Source of the DNA: a bacterium
GTDB lineage: Bacteria; Bdellovibrionota_C; UBA2361; SZUA-149; JAEUWB01
Direction of reading: 5' to 3'
DNA length: 64,000 nt
Assembly (NCBI GenBank): GCA_016786595.1
Contig: JAEUWB010000051.1
Coordinates: 10,098 to 74,097, forward strand
Shown: positions 60,136-64,000 of the stretch, one piece after another
How the letters are laid out: each line of letters opens with the position of its first letter
Numbering within the stretch: the stretch's first letter is position 1
The notes under the pieces: model-generated
The model's database searches: none
Told to the model about the DNA's origin: nothing
Seen by the model: only the letters and a program-made list of their open reading frames with translations
Made by a program: the position numbers and the translations under genes

Positions 60136-61692
60136 TTAATAGGTTAAACTAGTTTCAACGCGCTTGATCCATGTGGAAAGTGACATGGCTTTACGCTTTT
60201 TCGAGCGTGGGACTTTCACTCTCACAGTATTTGTCACAAGCTCGCCGTAACTTGGGCACTGCAGGCGTGCGCGGAAATAAGCGTATTGAGATTTTTTCTT
60301 AATTGATTTTAGTCCAGTGCGTGAATAGAAGTAATCGATCCCTCCCGGAGCTGGTGCTGCTACAACCTGTGAGCGGAGAGACGAAAAGCTGCTTTTGTGT
60401 GATCCATCAAAAATTATTGTGCAGGCCTCGGCTAGTGTATCTGTATTTAGAGCTAAAGTTACTTGTCCACGACTCTTACTAAAAGATGCAGCAAGGGAGA
60501 CTGATGGTGGTGGTGGGGGTGGTGGCTCCGGAGGAAGCGGTGGATCACCTTCTTTGAAAGTTAGGCAGGCAGTTCCCGAATCTGCCAGATGTGTAGCAAT
60601 ATCGTTCTGCGAGGTTGCAGAGAAAAATGCTTGTGCAGGATCGAAGAGTGCAGGATACATCAGCGAATAAGGCAGTGCTGTATCGTGCGGCGCTCCGAAG
60701 TTGTGACCAATCTCATGCGCAATGGTTAAGTGGTCAATTGCCGGATTAAATACTTGGGTTAAACCGTAGCTCCAAAGATTACCATAGAGGCAAGTGACTC
60801 CTGTATAAGCAAGGCCAATAATTGAGCTATCAATTTCCTTACCGGTAACTAAATGAAAAATACTTGCTGCCGGTTTGCTTTCCAGTGCATTAACATAGTC
60901 CTTAAACTGCGGAAGTAACACGAAAGAATCAGTTGAAGTAAAAGGCTGCGTCGAGCTTGTCTGCGTTTCCGTGGAAACGATATTAAACGCTAACCTCAAA
61001 TCTCTTGCGTAAATTGTTTGCGCAGCATTCAGGATTAAAGCCATTTGATTGTTAGCGTTTACGCCATACTTTAGGTAGAGCTCGTAGTCTCCATACAAGG
61101 CAATTGGAGTTTCATAATATCCAATAGTGCTCGTGTGTCGTGAAGCCGACTGAGTAGCGGCATGTTCACCATCATCAGATCCGCAAGTGCTCGGTGTTAG
61201 TGCTGCCAAAGCGTCATCTTCAAGCATGCCTACTTGATCTGTGGCGCTATCAACTAGTGGCGCAGTAATCTGATAGGAGCGTTCCCCATAACGGTGGTCG
61301 TGGAAACTAATTTGTAGCGTCGTTGTGCCATTACGTTCGTCAATTCCACCAGCGACTGGAATAATATTGCCTTGGGAATCTTGCAGCGAACCACGTAAAA
61401 GCACTAGCTCGCTCTCGTCGGCGCTAATCTCTCCAGCATGATTAAAACTAGCATTCCAATTTTTGCGTTGCACCGCAGAGAATACTCCCTGCAGTTCTCC
61501 GAATTTATCTGAATTAATTCCAATTGGAATAGTTTGATCGATGCGTTCAGCAAGAGTGCTGCGCTGCGTGAGTAATTTATTGATTGCTGAAGATTGAATC
61601 TTTAACTGTGCTGTATCTTGTGCAATTGCATCGATGACAACTGTAAAAGTTAAAATGCTAAATGCAATAAATCGAATGCGATTCCAAAACAT
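60136..61692 (-). CDS. Secreted reprolysin-like (metzincin) zinc metalloprotease with a poly-proline linker
   Basis: Signal peptide, the HEIGHNFGAPHD zinc-binding consensus, then PPLPPEPPPPPPPS and a ~110-aa C-terminal domain. Confidence 0.7.
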   Translation of the reverse strand: MFWNRIRFIAFSILTFTVVIDAIAQDTAQLKIQSSAINKLLTQRSTLAERIDQTIPIGINSDKFGELQGVFSAVQRKNWNASFNHAGEISADESELVLLRGSLQDSQGNIIPVAGGIDERNGTTTLQISFHDHRYGERSYQITAPLVDSATDQVGMLEDDALAALTPSTCGSDDGEHAATQSASRHTSTIGYYETPIALYGDYELYLKYGVNANNQMALILNAAQTIYARDLRLAFNIVSTETQTSSTQPFTSTDSFVLLPQFKDYVNALESKPAASIFHLVTGKEIDSSIIGLAYTGVTCLYGNLWSYGLTQVFNPAIDHLTIAHEIGHNFGAPHDTALPYSLMYPALFDPAQAFFSATSQNDIATHLADSGTACLTFKEGDPPLPPEPPPPPPPSVSLAASFSKSRGQVTLALNTDTLAEACTIIFDGSHKSSFSSLRSQVVAAPAPGGIDYFYSRTGLKSIKKKSQYAYFRARLQCPSYGELVTNTVRVKVPRSKKRKAMSLSTWIKRVETSLTY

Positions 61693-61883
61693 TAGTTAAA
61701 AACCTAAGTTAAAATATTGGGAACTAGCGCGAAAACCTGCTTGCCCCATTTAAGGAAGCGACATCTTTCGAGAATAACTTAAGAACTTCTTACTAATCTT
61801 TATGACCAGCCTGTTCGAATCTGTTGAAAATAGTAATTTTCAGGAGGAAACATTAGAATAAGCATTCTCTTGAATGCTTAAAA

Positions 61884-63164
61884 TTAAGCTGTAATTATTG
61901 TAGAAAACTTGTTTCCAGCAATGTGCGCGCGCAGATCGCCTAAGAGGTAAAGTGAGCCAAAAATAAGGATGGTTGCAGCTTCAGGTGACTTTGTTGCTGC
62001 GCAATCAAGGGCAAGCTTGGGGTTTGGGATTACCTCTCCTGTCTGGAAGAAAGCTCTTAGCTCGTCTGGATCAAGAGCCTGAGGGTTTTCAGATTTAGTC
62101 CAAATTATCAAAGCACTTTGCCGCGTTTCAAGAAAATTTTTAACTCTACTGAGCATTCCCGGCCAATCTTTATGTGCTAAAATTGAACAAATAAATACGA
62201 TTGGGCCCTTGAGTGTCGAGCAAAACTCTAAAAGAGCTTCGACCCCTTGAACATTATGTGCGCCATCTAAAATCACGCGTCGTGGCGGGTTCCCATAATT
62301 AAATTCTTCAAGCCTTCCCGGCCAACGCGCGGCTATTGCGCCTTGCTCAATAAATTCGCGATGAATTCCTAGTGCTAAGGCCGCACGCACTGCTAGTGCC
62401 AAATTATGCAGCTGATGTTCGCCGAGTAGTTTAAACCCGGTGAGATCGAGTTGGCATTTTTCCCCTTGGAAATAAAAAAAACGTAAACTCCGGTCGAGCT
62501 CAAAGTCTACCCCCAGTAACTCTAGATGGGCACCGCGCACAGTTGCCATCTCAACTAACATCGTTTCCGGCTCTTCACTTACTGGCCCAACTAAGCAAAG
62601 CTTTCCACGACGCATCACACCAGCCTTCTCTGCTGCAATTAGCGTGAGGGAATTTCCAAGAAATGTCGTGTGGTCAAGCGCAATCGTTGTCACCAACGAA
62701 AGTTCTGATGCTTTAATCGTATTGGTTGCATCTAATCTACCACCTAAGCCGACTTCGGTGACGACATAATCCAAATTTTTCTCTGCAAATACTAAAAATG
62801 CTGCTGCGGTGATGGCTTCAAAATAGGACGGAGTGAGTTGATGCTCGTTACTGACATTCATTACCTTTAGTAGTGCCCGGTCTAGTTCCTGCTCTGGCAC
62901 GGGCAGCCCATTAATTAGGCAACGCTCGGTAACGCTAGTTAGGTGCGGAGAGGTATAATGACCTACAGTTGCGCCAGAGGCATAGATCATGCTTGCTAAG
63001 ATTGCACCAGTTGATCCTTTGCCGTTTGTTCCTGTGATGTGAATTGTTTTGACCTTGTCTTGCGGATGATCGAGCGCGGCCATTAAGGCTTGCGCAGTTT
63101 CAAGCGTAAAGCCACGTGACTCAATAAAAGGCGGGCAAGAATTTAGGAAATCTAGTCCTGTCAT
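61884..63164 (-). CDS. folC: Bifunctional folylpolyglutamate synthase/dihydrofolate synthase
   Basis: Mur-ligase-family P-loop (ITGTNGKGST) and FolC-typical blocks. Confidence 0.85.
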   Translation of the reverse strand: MTGLDFLNSCPPFIESRGFTLETAQALMAALDHPQDKVKTIHITGTNGKGSTGAILASMIYASGATVGHYTSPHLTSVTERCLINGLPVPEQELDRALLKVMNVSNEHQLTPSYFEAITAAAFLVFAEKNLDYVVTEVGLGGRLDATNTIKASELSLVTTIALDHTTFLGNSLTLIAAEKAGVMRRGKLCLVGPVSEEPETMLVEMATVRGAHLELLGVDFELDRSLRFFYFQGEKCQLDLTGFKLLGEHQLHNLALAVRAALALGIHREFIEQGAIAARWPGRLEEFNYGNPPRRVILDGAHNVQGVEALLEFCSTLKGPIVFICSILAHKDWPGMLSRVKNFLETRQSALIIWTKSENPQALDPDELRAFFQTGEVIPNPKLALDCAATKSPEAATILIFGSLYLLGDLRAHIAGNKFSTIITA

Positions 63165-63185
63165 AAATTATTAATTTAAAGCTTT

Positions 63186-63263
63186 GGCATGAACTTATAC
63201 TTAACCTTAGTCTTATACTTTCCCTTTGAAGGATAAGACTAAGGTTAAGTATAAGTTCATGCC
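63186..63263. repeat. Perfect 31-bp-stem palindrome between the beta-lactamase-like gene stop and the folC start
   Basis: GGCATGAACTTATACTTAACCTTAGTCTTAT, a 16-nt loop, then the exact reverse complement. It shares the TGAACTTATACTT/AAGTATAAGTTCA core with the palindrome at 60043..60122. Confidence 0.8.
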
Positions 63264-63287
63264 AACGTCAGTTTTCTCTATGAGTTT

Positions 63288-64000
63288 TTAACTATACCCC
63301 AGCACTTCCATGATAAGATCATGAATTTTTGGTCGAAATTCTCTGATTAACATGTTCTCCGCTGAAGGATGAATGCGATTAGCCAGTAAGATTACGGATA
63401 ATTCCCGCGTAGGGTCAATCCAAACCGAGCAACCCGTAAAGGCTAGATGCCCGACACTTGCTGAAGAGAAATAGTTCCCACTAGTGCTTAAGCCCTGCGT
63501 CGGCGTATCCCAACCTAAGGCCCAAGTGCTTTTCGCAACACTTGTATCACGAGTCCAAAATCCACGAATAATTTCTGGATTAACAAAACTACTTTTTCCG
63601 ATGTAAGAGCGGATTAATTCCATCGTAATTTTATTGACATCGTAGGCAGTTGAAAAAATACCCGCATGACCTGCAATTCCACCCATCGCCCAAGCATTGG
63701 GATCGTGCACTTCTCCACAAAGTATTTTTTTTCTCCAGGCGCATTTCTCAGTTGGTGCAATAATTGAAGTGTCAGGTTCATAGCCTTGCTTGCCGACACG
63801 GCTAAGATCGATAAATCCTGTGCTTTCTAGTTTGAGTGGAGCGATGATTTTTTCATAGGCTAGCTTGTCTAGTGTTTTACCACCGTAGCAGGCTTCGATA
63901 ATCACGCCGAGTAAGATAAATCCAAGGTCACTATAGAGCGCAACTTTTCCGGGTAAGTTTTCAATGCGGCTACGTGAAATTAGGTTCAGCATCATTGTGG
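63288..64000 (-). CDS. Serine hydrolase, beta-lactamase/PBP transpeptidase-fold (C-terminal part; N-terminus lies beyond the window)
   Basis: The partial ORF runs to the window edge. Its C-terminal region, including HAGIFSTAYD, resembles AmpC-like beta-lactamase-family esterases. Confidence 0.55.
   Translation of the reverse strand, partial: TMMLNLISRSRIENLPGKVALYSDLGFILLGVIIEACYGGKTLDKLAYEKIIAPLKLESTGFIDLSRVGKQGYEPDTSIIAPTEKCAWRKKILCGEVHDPNAWAMGGIAGHAGIFSTAYDVNKITMELIRSYIGKSSFVNPEIIRGFWTRDTSVAKSTWALGWDTPTQGLSTSGNYFSSASVGHLAFTGCSVWIDPTRELSVILLANRIHPSAENMLIREFRPKIHDLIMEVLGYS

Noticed and set aside
60395-60670. ORF with a poly-Gly/Ser run (GGGGGGGSGGSGGSP) on the plus strand.
   Set aside because: It is the complement of the poly-Pro linker codons of the metalloprotease gene. 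It is not an independent gene.
61815-61835. TTCGAATC string resembling a tRNA T-loop.
   Set aside because: It lacks the flanking GG/CC and the acceptor and anticodon arms. It is a chance match in an intergenic region.
1-64000. Searched for CRISPR arrays, rRNA genes, integrase/transposase genes and long tandem DNA repeats.
   Set aside because: I found no regularly spaced direct repeats, no rRNA-like conserved blocks and no recombinase-like ORFs. The only repeats are the palindromes and short direct repeats already reported.

Overview
This 64 kb window is a chromosomal segment of a Gram-negative bacterium. Pal, the Tad/Flp pilus genes and a Tat signal point to Gram-negative; GC looks roughly mid-40s% by eye. 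Coding is dense on both strands with many short overlaps between genes. Mostly housekeeping genes: ilvE, ogt, sucA, typA, uppP/dedA, purEK, arfB, gcvP, pal, rlmM, dacB, folC and a parC/parE-like type II topoisomerase pair. A large operon at ~9.7-19.6 kb encodes a complete kynurenine pathway (tryptophan to 2-aminomuconate). A tad pilus locus at ~44-54 kb lacks its pilin, prepilin peptidase and secretin, and is split by a small islet carrying a novel W-containing repeat protein and a HigBA toxin-antitoxin. Other features that look accessory are: two tandem paralogous secreted proteins, one with a long T/P/V-rich linker (33.3-36.3 kb); a GC-richer pair of secreted proteins behind two very large hairpins (39.0-41.5 kb); a GT81-HAD fusion gene; a reprolysin-like metalloprotease with a poly-Pro linker; a frameshifted nucleotidyltransferase pseudogene; and a family of long palindromes sharing a TGAACTTATACTT core between gene ends. 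I saw no rRNA, tRNA or CRISPR. All calls rest on my reading of the translations and the DNA. No searches were run.
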